From: Rhodothermales bacterium
Lineage (GTDB): Bacteria > Bacteroidota > Rhodothermia > Rhodothermales > BA12
NCBI GenBank assembly: GCA_963829705.1
Contig: CAWHJN010000005.1
Location: forward strand, 157,634 to 221,633
DNA length: 64,000 nt
Direction: 5' to 3'
The notes under the pieces were generated by a model. That model was not told the origin of the DNA and searched no databases. It was given only the letters and a program-made list of their open reading frames with translations. This document shows positions 50,281 through 58,941 of this stretch, piece by piece. A program made the translations under genes and the position numbers. Numbering within the stretch: the first letter of the stretch is position 1; every line of letters begins with the position of its first letter.

Positions 50281-52647
50281 ATGGATCTCCGTGTCTTCGG
50301 GGCGTGGCGGCAGGGTGCCGTTTCCACGTCCGCTATCGCCTGTTCGCGTGTAGCGTGCTGGATGGCGCTGCTGCTCGCCTCATCTCTTTTCTTCGCCGCC
50401 GACGCGGCCGCCCAGCACCCCACCCACGCGTTCGTCGTCGCCGGGCGCGTCACCGACGCGCAGACGGGCGAGGGGCTGCCCGGCGTCCACGTCCGCGTGC
50501 CCGACTCGCCGCTCGGCACCGCCACCGACCGTGAAGGCCGCTACCGCCTCGTCCTCGACGTTCCTCCGGCAAGGCTGCTGTTTTCGTTCGTCGGCTACGA
50601 GGCGCGCGAGGTGCCCGTCACCGGTGAAGTGCTCGACGTGGCCCTCGAACCCGCCCGCCTCGACCTGTCGCCCGTCGTGGTGAGCGCGAGCCGCCGGGCG
50701 CAGGCGCGCGAGGAGGTGCCCGTCGCCATCTCGGCGCTGGCGACGCAGGCCATCCAGGAGACACGCGCCAAGCTGCTGCCCGAGCTGTTGAGCAAGCTGC
50801 CCGGCGTCCACATGACCGACCTCGGCAACGAGCAGCACAACATGAGCATCCGGCAGCCGCTGTCGTACAAGGCGCTCTACGCCTACCTCGAAGACGGCGT
50901 GCCCATCCGGCCCATCGGCATCTTCAACCACAACGCGCTCATCGAGATCAACGCGGCGGGGATGGAGCGCATCGAGGTGGTACGCGGCCCGTCGTCGTCG
51001 CTCTACGGCGCGAACGCCGTCGGGGGAGCCGTCAACTTTCTCACCCCGTCGCCCACGCTCGCCCCGTCGGGCGGCGCGCAGCTGCGGGCCGACAACGGGG
51101 GCTACCGCCGGGCGGACCTGAGCGCGTCGGCCACGCGGGGGGCGCTGGGCGTGTGGGCGGGCGGCTACGCGGCGCAGCAGCAGGACGGTTTTGCCGAGCA
51201 CAGCGACTTCGACAAGGTGTCGCTCACCGCGCGCGCCGACTACGCCTTCACGCCGCGCACGCACCTGCTCGCGACGCTGACGACCAACCACCTCGACACC
51301 GACACCAACGGCGCGCTCGACAGCCTGAGCTTCTACACCGGCAACCTGTCGAGCCTGCAGACCTTCACCTACCGCCGCGTCGAGGCCACCCGCCTGACGG
51401 CCCGGCTCAACCACGTCTGGAATCCGCGCCACGCGACGGAAGCGACGGTCTTCGCCCGCGACAACACGACGGCGCAGCTTCCGCACTACCGCATCCGCAA
51501 CGACCGCACAGACCCGAGCAGGGCCACCGGCGAGAAGAACGACCAGTCGTTCACGAGCCTCGGCGCTCAGGTGCAGCACGCCTTCTACCTGCCCGCGACC
51601 ACGCTCACCGTCGGCGGTCTCGTGGACCGCAGCCCGAGCCGGTACGTGGCGGAATTTCTCGACATCCAGCGCGACCCCGCCACGGGGCAGTACCTCCGCT
51701 ACACCGCGTCCGACTCGCTCCTGACACGCTACGACGTGCGGCTGCTCAACACGGCGGCCTTCGTGCAGGCGGATGTGCGGGTGCTCGAAAAACTGCGCCT
51801 CAGCGGCGCGCTGCGCTACGACGTGCTCGCCTACGACTACGACAACCACCTGCCGCCGACGGCCTTCTCGGGTGCGCCCGACGCCACCAACACGTACCGT
51901 CACCTGAGCCCACGCCTCGGCGCGACGCTCGACCTGGGCGCGCAACGTGGCGTGTACGCCAACTTCGGGCAGGGCTTCGTGCCGCCCGAGGTGGGCGAGT
52001 TGTACCAGGGTGTAAAGGTGCCCACGCTGCGCCCGGCGTTCTTCGACTCGTACGAAACTGGCGGCTGGGCGTCGTTTTTCGCAGGCCGCGTGCGGGCCGA
52101 GGTGAGCCTATACCGCATGGATGGGCGCGACGAGATCCTGAACGTCCGCCTCGACGACGGCGCGACGGAAAACCGCAACGCGGGCCGCACGCGCCACGAG
52201 GGCGTCGAGTACGCGCTCACGCTCGCCCCCTTGCGCGGGCTGACGTTCTACGCCTCGGGCACGAACGCCCGCCACACGTACCGGCGCTTCGAGGACGGCG
52301 GCGTCACCTTCGACGGCAACCGGATGGAAGCCGCGCCGTCGTGGATGTTCAACGCCGAGGCCACCTATCACCTGCCGTTTCTGCCCGCGGCCTACGCCTC
52401 CGCCGAGGTGCGCCGCCTCAGCGCCTATTACATGGACGCGGCGAATACGCAAAAGTACCCGGGCTACACGCTCTGGAACGCGCGCGCGGGCTACCGCGTG
52501 GGGCCGGTAGACGTGTTTGCGAGTGTACTCAACGTGGCAGATGTGCGTTACGCCACCATCGCCCTCCGCAGCCGCTTCGGGCAGCAGTACACGCTGGGGG
52601 CCCCGCGCACGCTGAGCCTGGGCCTGGCCTACCGCATCGGCCGCTAA
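50281..52647 (+). CDS. TonB-dependent receptor
   Basis: N-terminal carboxypeptidase-like domain, VVVSASR, plug HMTDLGNEQHNMSIRQP, RIEVVRGPSSSLYG, GAPRT..LGLAYR; start could be 50362. Confidence 0.92.
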   Translation: MDLRVFGAWRQGAVSTSAIACSRVACWMALLLASSLFFAADAAAQHPTHAFVVAGRVTDAQTGEGLPGVHVRVPDSPLGTATDREGRYRLVLDVPPARLLFSFVGYEAREVPVTGEVLDVALEPARLDLSPVVVSASRRAQAREEVPVAISALATQAIQETRAKLLPELLSKLPGVHMTDLGNEQHNMSIRQPLSYKALYAYLEDGVPIRPIGIFNHNALIEINAAGMERIEVVRGPSSSLYGANAVGGAVNFLTPSPTLAPSGGAQLRADNGGYRRADLSASATRGALGVWAGGYAAQQQDGFAEHSDFDKVSLTARADYAFTPRTHLLATLTTNHLDTDTNGALDSLSFYTGNLSSLQTFTYRRVEATRLTARLNHVWNPRHATEATVFARDNTTAQLPHYRIRNDRTDPSRATGEKNDQSFTSLGAQVQHAFYLPATTLTVGGLVDRSPSRYVAEFLDIQRDPATGQYLRYTASDSLLTRYDVRLLNTAAFVQADVRVLEKLRLSGALRYDVLAYDYDNHLPPTAFSGAPDATNTYRHLSPRLGATLDLGAQRGVYANFGQGFVPPEVGELYQGVKVPTLRPAFFDSYETGGWASFFAGRVRAEVSLYRMDGRDEILNVRLDDGATENRNAGRTRHEGVEYALTLAPLRGLTFYASGTNARHTYRRFEDGGVTFDGNRMEAAPSWMFNAEATYHLPFLPAAYASAEVRRLSAYYMDAANTQKYPGYTLWNARAGYRVGPVDVFASVLNVADVRYATIALRSRFGQQYTLGAPRTLSLGLAYRIGR

Positions 52648-52662
52648 CACTATCCCAACGAG

Positions 52663-53868
52663 ATGATGAAACCCTGGACTTTCGGGCTCGTCGCCCTTCT
52701 CGCCGCCTGCTCACCCGACACGCACACGCCCGCTGCCGAGCCGCCCTCCACCACGTGGACGCTGACGGACGCCGCCGTCCCCGCTACGCTCGCCGCTGCC
52801 GCCGACGGTGTGTATGCCGCCTACGCGCGCGGCGGGCACGTTTACGTGCGGCACCTCGCGGAAGGCGAGGAGGGTGAGGCCTTCGTCGTCAACCCGGATT
52901 CGGAGGATGTGGCGATCCACGCGCAGGCCCCGGCGCAGGTCGCCGTCACGCCCGATGGGGCCGTCCTCGTCGCCTACGTGCGCCAGATTCCCGTCGCGGG
53001 GCGGCGTTTCCCGGCCAGCGAAATCCGCCTCGCCCGCTCGACGGATGGCGGGCAGACGTTCTCCATCGAGACGGTATCAGAGGACGTGGGCTACCTCACG
53101 GGCAACCACTTCCACGACCTCACCGTCGCGCCGGACGGCACGGTGTACCTCTCGTGGCTCGATGGGCGCGCGCGCGACGCCGTCCGGGCCTCGGTGGTGC
53201 AGAATGCGTCCTTCGTAAAGCACGCCCACGAAACCGGCGGGCCGGGCACGGAAGTCCGCGTGGCCCGCTCGGCGGACGGCGGGCAGACCTTCGCCCCCTC
53301 GGTCGTCGTGGCGAAGGGATCGTGCGAGTGCTGCCGCACCGCGCTGGCCGTCGCGCCGGACGGCGAGGTGTTCGTCGCGTGGCGGCACCAGTTCGAGCCC
53401 AACGTCCGCGACGTGGCCGTGGCTCATTCGACCGACCGGGGCGCGACGTTCTCCGCGCCCGTCCGCCTGCCCGCGCCCGCGTGGCACATCGACGGCTGCC
53501 CGCACACCGGCCCGGCCCTCGCCGCGCCCGTCAGCGGCACCGTGGAGGTCGCGTGGTTCACCGGCTCTGCCGACGGCACGGGCGTCTACCGCGCCACCTC
53601 CACCGACGGCGGCCAGACGTTCGACGGGGCGCTCCTTGAGGGCTCGACCCGCATCCGGCAGGTCCATCTCGACGCGCGCGACGGCGCGACGGTGATGGCG
53701 TGGGAGTACGCCGATGGCACGCACATCGCCCCCTTCGCCGAGGCGGGCGTAAAGCCCACGCTGGAAAACGTCGCGGGTTCGGGTGCGGATCTCGTGCTGG
53801 TGCGCGGCGCGGTGTGGGTCGCCTACCGCGACGCCGACGCCACGTTCGTCGAGCGCCGGATGCTGTGA
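52663..53868 (+). CDS. BNR/sialidase-like beta-propeller lipoprotein with CECC and GCP motifs
   Basis: Lipobox LAAC; four S.D.G.TF Asp-boxes; CECCR, WHIDGCPHTGP. Confidence 0.8.
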   Translation: MMKPWTFGLVALLAACSPDTHTPAAEPPSTTWTLTDAAVPATLAAAADGVYAAYARGGHVYVRHLAEGEEGEAFVVNPDSEDVAIHAQAPAQVAVTPDGAVLVAYVRQIPVAGRRFPASEIRLARSTDGGQTFSIETVSEDVGYLTGNHFHDLTVAPDGTVYLSWLDGRARDAVRASVVQNASFVKHAHETGGPGTEVRVARSADGGQTFAPSVVVAKGSCECCRTALAVAPDGEVFVAWRHQFEPNVRDVAVAHSTDRGATFSAPVRLPAPAWHIDGCPHTGPALAAPVSGTVEVAWFTGSADGTGVYRATSTDGGQTFDGALLEGSTRIRQVHLDARDGATVMAWEYADGTHIAPFAEAGVKPTLENVAGSGADLVLVRGAVWVAYRDADATFVERRML

Positions 53869-53878
53869 CGGCGCGCGA

Positions 53879-54733
53879 TCAGCCGAGGCGGGCGACGAGC
53901 GCGTCTGCGAAACGTGCCGCCGCATGGCCGTGGGTCAGAAAGAGGGCGGGTTCGACGAGTTCGATCTCCATCAGCAGAAATACGCCGTCTTCTACGACGC
54001 CGTCGACGCGCGCGTAGAGCGGAGCGTCGGGCATCGCGGTCAACACCGCCTGCGCCTGCGCGACGAGGCCGGGCGGCGCGGCGCGGGATTCTTCCCGCCC
54101 ACCGTGGCGCGCCTGCACGCGGAAGTCGCCTGCCTTCGGGCGCTTGACGACGGCGTGGCTGTACGCACCGTCGAAAAACACGAGCGACCACTCGCCCTCG
54201 GCGGCGATCTGTGGCAGGAACGGTTGCACGAGCACCGCCCCGCGATGCAGCAGCGCCGCGAACCGATCCTGCGAAGCGCCGGCGTCGGTGGAGCGCACCC
54301 GGAAGGTCTCGAACGCCCCCGCGCTGACGGCGGGCTTGACGACGGCCTCGTTCCAGCCCCGCCCGTCCAGCACGTCCGCGAGCGCGTTGCCCGGTCGCGG
54401 CCACACCGTCGGCACGATGGGGATGCCTCGTTTTTCGAGACGCCGCAGGTACGTCTTGTCCACGTTGGATTCGAGGATGGCGCGGGCGTTGAAGAGCCGC
54501 GTGCAGGCATCGACCCGCGCGGTCCACGCGAGGAAGGCGTCGAGGTGGTGGTAATAATCCCACGTCGAGCGGACGACGACCGCGTCGAAGCCCGACCAGT
54601 CCACCGCGTCGTCGTTCCATACCGCGAACGTCACGTCGATGCCCTGCGCGCGAAGGGCGTCGGCAGCGGCGTAGTCGTCCGCTTCGCCCTCGGGGCGGGC
54701 GGCGTAAGTGGCGAAGGCAATGGCGCGGGACAC
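53879..54733 (-). CDS. ATP-grasp protein (glutathione synthetase/RimK-like)
   Basis: RSTWDY, DKTYL, VVKPAVSAGA, VQPFL, DFRVQ, YARVD, LMEIELVEP. Confidence 0.85.
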   Translation of the reverse strand: MSRAIAFATYAARPEGEADDYAAADALRAQGIDVTFAVWNDDAVDWSGFDAVVVRSTWDYYHHLDAFLAWTARVDACTRLFNARAILESNVDKTYLRRLEKRGIPIVPTVWPRPGNALADVLDGRGWNEAVVKPAVSAGAFETFRVRSTDAGASQDRFAALLHRGAVLVQPFLPQIAAEGEWSLVFFDGAYSHAVVKRPKAGDFRVQARHGGREESRAAPPGLVAQAQAVLTAMPDAPLYARVDGVVEDGVFLLMEIELVEPALFLTHGHAAARFADALVARLG

Positions 54734-54804
54734 AGGCAGTTTTCGAGGTGTATGTTGGCCGAAAGCTACGGCTGCTCCTCCGCGAACCGCCTCCCGAAAA
54801 CGCC

Positions 54805-55215
54805 ATGCGGCTCCACCTTCTCGCTCCGCTGTTCACCCGGTCCTTTCCGTGGGCACGCTGGGAAAACGCCCTGCGCGCGGGGTCTATCACGCTCGACCGT
54901 CCGAAGGATACCGTGCATCCGGCGTACCCCGACATCCGCTACCCGCTCAACTACGGCTTTCTCGAAGCCACCACGAGCGGCGACGGCGACGGCGTGGATG
55001 TGTTCGTCGGCACAGGTGCGACCGGCCTCACCGGCCTCGTCCTCACCCACGACAAACGCAAGGACGACCGCGAGGTAAAGCTGCTCTACAATTGTACGCC
55101 CGTCGAAATCTACACGGCCCTCGGCTTTCTCAACTACGCGCCCGATCTACTCGTCGGTCGCCTCGCCACGCGCTACCCGATGGCAGAGGTGTGGGGGATG
55201 GAGGTTAGTGGTTAG
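54805..55215 (+). CDS. Small inorganic-pyrophosphatase-like protein
   Basis: DRPK..HP..P...YPLNYGFL..T..GDGDGVDVFVG, DREVK. Confidence 0.7.
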   Translation: MRLHLLAPLFTRSFPWARWENALRAGSITLDRPKDTVHPAYPDIRYPLNYGFLEATTSGDGDGVDVFVGTGATGLTGLVLTHDKRKDDREVKLLYNCTPVEIYTALGFLNYAPDLLVGRLATRYPMAEVWGMEVSG

Positions 55216-55244
55216 TAGCATTTTCAAACTTCCAATCTCCAACC

Positions 55245-56240
55245 TCAACCCTTCGCCAGCACGTACGCGAACATCAGCGGAGCGACGATGGTGGCGTCCG
55301 ATTCGACGATGAACGACGGCGTGTCCTGCGCGAGTTTGCCCCAGGTGATCTTCTCGTTGGGCACCGCGCCCGAGTACGAGCCGTAGCTCGTCGTCGAGTC
55401 CGAGATCTGGCAGAAGTAGCCCCACAGCGGCGTGCGCCGGTCGAGGTCCTGCTCCAGCATGGGCACGACACAGATGGGGAAGTCGCCCGCAATGCCACCG
55501 CCGATCTGAAAAAAGCCAATCGACGATTCTTTCGACGTTTCCGTGTACCACTCGGCGAGCCGCATCATGTACTCGATGCCCGTCCGCACCGTGTGGACGT
55601 TCTCGACGTCGCCGTTGATGCAGTGCGCGGCGAAGACGTTGCCCGTCGTGGAATCCTCCCAGCCCGGCACGAAGATGGGCAGGTCGCGCTCTGCTGCGGC
55701 CACGAGCCACGAGTCTGCCGGGTCGATCTGGTAGTGTTCTTCGAGCGCACCGCTGCGGATGAGCCGGTACAGAAACTCATGCGGGAAGTAGCGCTCGCCG
55801 CTCCGGTCGGCGCGCTGCCATTCGTCGAGGATGGCGGTTTCGATGCGCCGGATGGCTTCCTCCTCTGGGATGCACGTGTCCGTGACGCGGTTGAGGTGTT
55901 TTTCGAGCAGCGCCTGTTCGTCGGCAGGCGTGAGGTCGCGCCAGCGTGGCACGCGGACGTAATGGTCGTGCGCGACGAGGTTGAAGAGGTCTTCCTCCAG
56001 GTTCGCGCCCGTACACGTGATGGCATCGACCTTCCCCTGCCGGATCATCTCGGCCAGCGAGAGTCCCAGTTCCGCCGTGCTCATCGCCCCGGCGAGCGTG
56101 ATCATCATCTTGCCACCGCCTTCGAGGTGTTTGACGTACGCCTCGGCGGCGTCTATCATCGCCGCCGCGTTGAAGTGGCGGTAGTGGTGCCGCATAAACT
56201 GGGCTACGGCAGCAAAATCGGTGCGTGTTTCCGTCTGCAT
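55245..56240 (-). CDS. Deoxyhypusine synthase-like protein (probable homospermidine biosynthesis)
   Basis: LAGAMSTAELG, TGANLEED, IGGGIAGDF, GSYSGA.PNEKITWGK, SDATI. Confidence 0.92.
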   Translation of the reverse strand: MQTETRTDFAAVAQFMRHHYRHFNAAAMIDAAEAYVKHLEGGGKMMITLAGAMSTAELGLSLAEMIRQGKVDAITCTGANLEEDLFNLVAHDHYVRVPRWRDLTPADEQALLEKHLNRVTDTCIPEEEAIRRIETAILDEWQRADRSGERYFPHEFLYRLIRSGALEEHYQIDPADSWLVAAAERDLPIFVPGWEDSTTGNVFAAHCINGDVENVHTVRTGIEYMMRLAEWYTETSKESSIGFFQIGGGIAGDFPICVVPMLEQDLDRRTPLWGYFCQISDSTTSYGSYSGAVPNEKITWGKLAQDTPSFIVESDATIVAPLMFAYVLAKG

Positions 56241-56399
56241 GTATCGAACAGGGTGGATGGAAAAGGGCCTGGAGGAAGAAGACGCAACGCCTTGATCCCT
56301 GGGGAAGATGCACGGCGGCACGTGCGATCCATCCAGCCTTCCCCTGCTCGTCACAGAAACTTCGACGGCCCACGCTTGCCGAGGCCCCGGCCCGCGTGG

Positions 56400-56407
56400 T
56401 ACTTTTG
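56400..56407 (+). promoter_or_regulatory. Bacteroidota-type -7 promoter element for the tRNA pair
   Basis: TACTTTTG about 30 nt upstream of tRNA-Lys. Confidence 0.5.
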
Positions 56408-56438
56408 CCGCCCTGCCCTCCACACGGAGTGCGGGATT

Positions 56439-56511
<73 letters not shown>

Positions 56512-56529
56512 CGACACGCTGACTTCTTT

Positions 56530-56616
56530 GCCCGGGTGGTGAAATTGGTAGACACGCCATCTTGAGGGGGTGGTGGCCGCAAGGTCGTGCTGGTTCGAGT
56601 CCAGTCCCGGGCACCA
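56530..56616 (+). tRNA. tRNA-Leu(GAG), CCA encoded
   Basis: GCCCGGGTGGTGAAATTGGTAGACAC...TTGAGGG, long variable arm, GGTTCGAGTCC..CCCGGGCACCA. Confidence 0.96.
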
Positions 56617-56622
56617 AGGAGG

Positions 56623-56668
56623 GGCCCCTAAGCGCTGATAACAAAGCACTTAGGGGCCTTTCGCTTTT
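56623..56668 (+). terminator. Terminator after tRNA-Leu
   Basis: GGCCCCTAAGCGCT...AGCACTTAGGGGCC followed by TTTCGCTTTT. Confidence 0.65.
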
Positions 56669-56887
56669 GGGGTAGGTACAGGTGAAACTTGGCTTGGAAG
56701 AAATCTAGGCGGGGCCTACCTATAGATCCCTCACGCGACCGTTTGCATGGTAACCCAGCACGCGGTGAGGTGGGAGAAAAACGGGATGTGGCACTGCCGA
56801 TCCTTTTGGGAATCCAAACGGGAGCAGTGCGCTATGCCTTGCGCAGCCGCTGGATCACGGTTCGGATAGCCGCAGGAGGTCTACCCT

Positions 56888-57034
56888 ATGACCATCCAGG
56901 ATATCGAACGCGAGATCGCCCGCATGCCGCTGCGTGAGGTGAGGCGGTTGCAGCACCTGCTCCATGCCTATCTCGCTGCTCCCCAGGCCTCTCCGACCCC
57001 ACCGAATGGACTGGAATCGCCGTCGCCCTCTTGA
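56888..57034 (+). CDS. Putative 48-aa antitoxin-like fragment
   Basis: AGGAGGT SD then MTIQDIEREIARMPLREVRRLQHLL... Confidence 0.35.
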   Translation: MTIQDIEREIARMPLREVRRLQHLLHAYLAAPQASPTPPNGLESPSPS

Positions 57035-57041
57035 CTTCCGC

Positions 57042-57272
57042 CTAATAACAGCCGTGGGTTGGGCGCATCAAGACCGTGGTCATGTCGGCCCGCTCCACGG
57101 ACGGGCTCAACGAGGCCAGTCCGGTAGACGAATCTGGCTCTGCGGCTCGCATAGCGGTGCGGAATGCGAGGGCGCTATCACTCGGGACCTGCCACCTGAG
57201 CAGCACGGGTTGATCCTGAGCGCTTGCGGGCAGTGCCAGTAGAAGAAGTAGAGCGCGGACGAGCGCTTCCAA
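57042..57272 (-). pseudogene. Truncated secreted-protein ORF (cassette-like)
   Basis: Signal peptide LLLLLALPASA-Q followed by a short, apparently truncated body. Confidence 0.35.
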
Positions 57273-57302
57273 TAGATCGATGTTTGATGCTGGCGCGAGT
57301 GC

Positions 57303-57419
57303 GCCTAGCGGCGAAGCGCTGCCGCGACGGGCAGCGGTGAAGGTGATGCGGCAAGGTAGACGCCGCTGATCTTATGGGCAATAGACGCCGCGCCCGTCGT
57401 CATTGGCCTTACGTTACGC
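57303..57419 (-). mobile_element. Degenerate attC-like site
   Basis: Minus strand GCGTAAC ... GCTAGGC ends with inner arms CGACGGGCGCGG / CCGCTGCCCGTCG. Confidence 0.35.
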
Positions 57420-57458
57420 CGGCCCTGCGCCTCAGCGGTAGAGCACCTCGTCTCCATG

Positions 57459-57497
57459 AGAAGCGCCCGGTTTCCTGCGTGGAGACCGGGCGCTTCT
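57459..57497 (-). terminator. Hairpin downstream of the DUF4382 gene
   Basis: AGAAGCGCCCGGTTTCC-TGCGT-GGAGACCGGGCGCTTCT. Confidence 0.6.
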
Positions 57498-57517
57498 GGT
57501 TTGCATGGATCGAGGCG

Positions 57518-58114
57518 TCAGCCGGCCGTCGTATCGGCGGGAACGCCCGTCGTATCGGTGGGGACAACGATCCCATTGACCTCGAACCGCTTCGTCTTCA
57601 GCACGGGCTTGAACAGGTACTGGCCGCTCGCGCCCGCCTTCACGAACGAGTGGTTCACGTCGAAGTCCACGAGGACCTCGACCTCGTCCGCATCGTCAGC
57701 GATGTCGAATGCCGGCAGGTTGAGCTTGATGCCGGTTTCCGTGCCGCTCGGCACTTTGAACCGAGTGGTCGTGCCGCCATCGAGGAAGTCTACGCGGGCG
57801 GTGTCGGCGATGATGAGGCGCAACTGGTGATAGCGGCCCTCAGGCACATCCCGGGTGGCGAGGGTCGTGGTGAGGCCGTTGCGGAGCGTGAGCAGATCGA
57901 GCGTCCGCGCGGAGTCGGACAGCACGTGGGTGTCCTCTTCGCCGACGAGCTCGACCCGGACGACGGTGACGTAGGCGTGGGCGAACTCGTCCGCCGGAGC
58001 GTCGGTCATCAGCACGCGGATCTGGCCGCTGGCTTCTGTACCGGTGCTGTCGCACGCGGCGACGGTCAGGCCGAGGAGCAGGAGGACGGACAGAGAAGAG
58101 AGGAGAGAACGCAT
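57518..58114 (-). CDS. DUF4382 domain lipoprotein
   Basis: Lipobox VAAC; VLMTDAP, LDLLTL.NG, G.Y.QLRL, KVPSG..TGIK, VDFDV..S, KPV. Confidence 0.85.
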   Translation of the reverse strand: MRSLLSSLSVLLLLGLTVAACDSTGTEASGQIRVLMTDAPADEFAHAYVTVVRVELVGEEDTHVLSDSARTLDLLTLRNGLTTTLATRDVPEGRYHQLRLIIADTARVDFLDGGTTTRFKVPSGTETGIKLNLPAFDIADDADEVEVLVDFDVNHSFVKAGASGQYLFKPVLKTKRFEVNGIVVPTDTTGVPADTTAG

Positions 58115-58365
58115 AGGTACTGCATGGATGGTGAAAAGAGCGGCATCAACGCCAAGCATCGTCGGCCGATACGTTTTCCTTAAAACCCGTGCCCAGAACC
58201 TTACATCTCCGGCGCAGCCCTGGGCTTCAAGGCGTCCGCCGCCTCCAGGCAAGCCTGAGCGCCGAAGAGCTGCAGGTGGGGCGCGATCGCGTGCGGCGTC
58301 TGATGCGGCTGGGCGGGGGAGGGGACGGCGCTTGACGAGGCTCCATGCGTGTGTTGCAGATCCAC

Positions 58366-58520
58366 ATGGAAACCACGGTCGTGGAACCCCCCAAGATGCG
58401 GTACGGGTGGGTGGCAGATGTACCCGGATTTCCCGGTGGATCGAAGGCCACCGTGTTAACGAGATGGCAAAGTTGCCTTTCCGTCCCCTCGCCAGTTTCA
58501 GGAGGAAAGGGCGAGAGTGA
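58366..58520 (+). pseudogene. HicB-like antitoxin remnant
   Basis: METTVVE...GWVADVPGFPG then a frameshifted EGHRVNEMAKL. Confidence 0.4.
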
Positions 58521-58526
58521 GAGATG

Positions 58527-58931
58527 TCACGCAGCCAATCGTGCGGGTCGCACGCGGGGCCACACGTGCGCGGCGAAGAGCACCACCGCCGCCGCCTCAC
58601 AGAGCCGCCCTCCCAGAAACCACGCGGTGCCCGGCAGCAGCGCCGTCGCCAGCGCCACCGTCCACACGCCTGCGTTGAGGAAGGCGAGCGCCGCCGTCAT
58701 CAGCGGCTCGCCACGCGGCGCGGGCACACGCGGCAGGATCCAGTAGCCGACGCCCATGACGAGCTGCACCATGAACCCGAACAGCAGCACCTCCACGTGC
58801 GCGGCCCGCAGCAGCCACAGCCACGGCGGCAGCGCCACGGCCTTCCCGGCGAGCAGCAGCGCGCCCACCGACGCGCCCAGCGCGAAGTACACCAGCGACA
58901 GCCGCACGGCCCACACACTCAGCTTCTGCAT
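58527..58931 (-). CDS. 4-TM membrane protein, heme-copper oxidase subunit I/NnrS-like fragment
   Basis: AHVEVLLFGFMVQLVMGVGYWILPR; FLNAG. Confidence 0.75.
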   Translation of the reverse strand: MQKLSVWAVRLSLVYFALGASVGALLLAGKAVALPPWLWLLRAAHVEVLLFGFMVQLVMGVGYWILPRVPAPRGEPLMTAALAFLNAGVWTVALATALLPGTAWFLGGRLCEAAAVVLFAAHVWPRVRPARLAA

Positions 58932-58941
58932 GGCGGCGCGG

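Noticed and set aside
55245-56240. Deoxyhypusine synthase as a sign of eukaryote-like hypusination
   Set aside because: Bacterial DHS-like proteins are widespread and linked to homospermidine synthesis; not novel
57524-57559. Direct repeat CCGTCGTATCGG x2
   Set aside because: Encodes the PTDTTG/PADTTA peptide repeat at the DUF4382 C-terminus; not an att site
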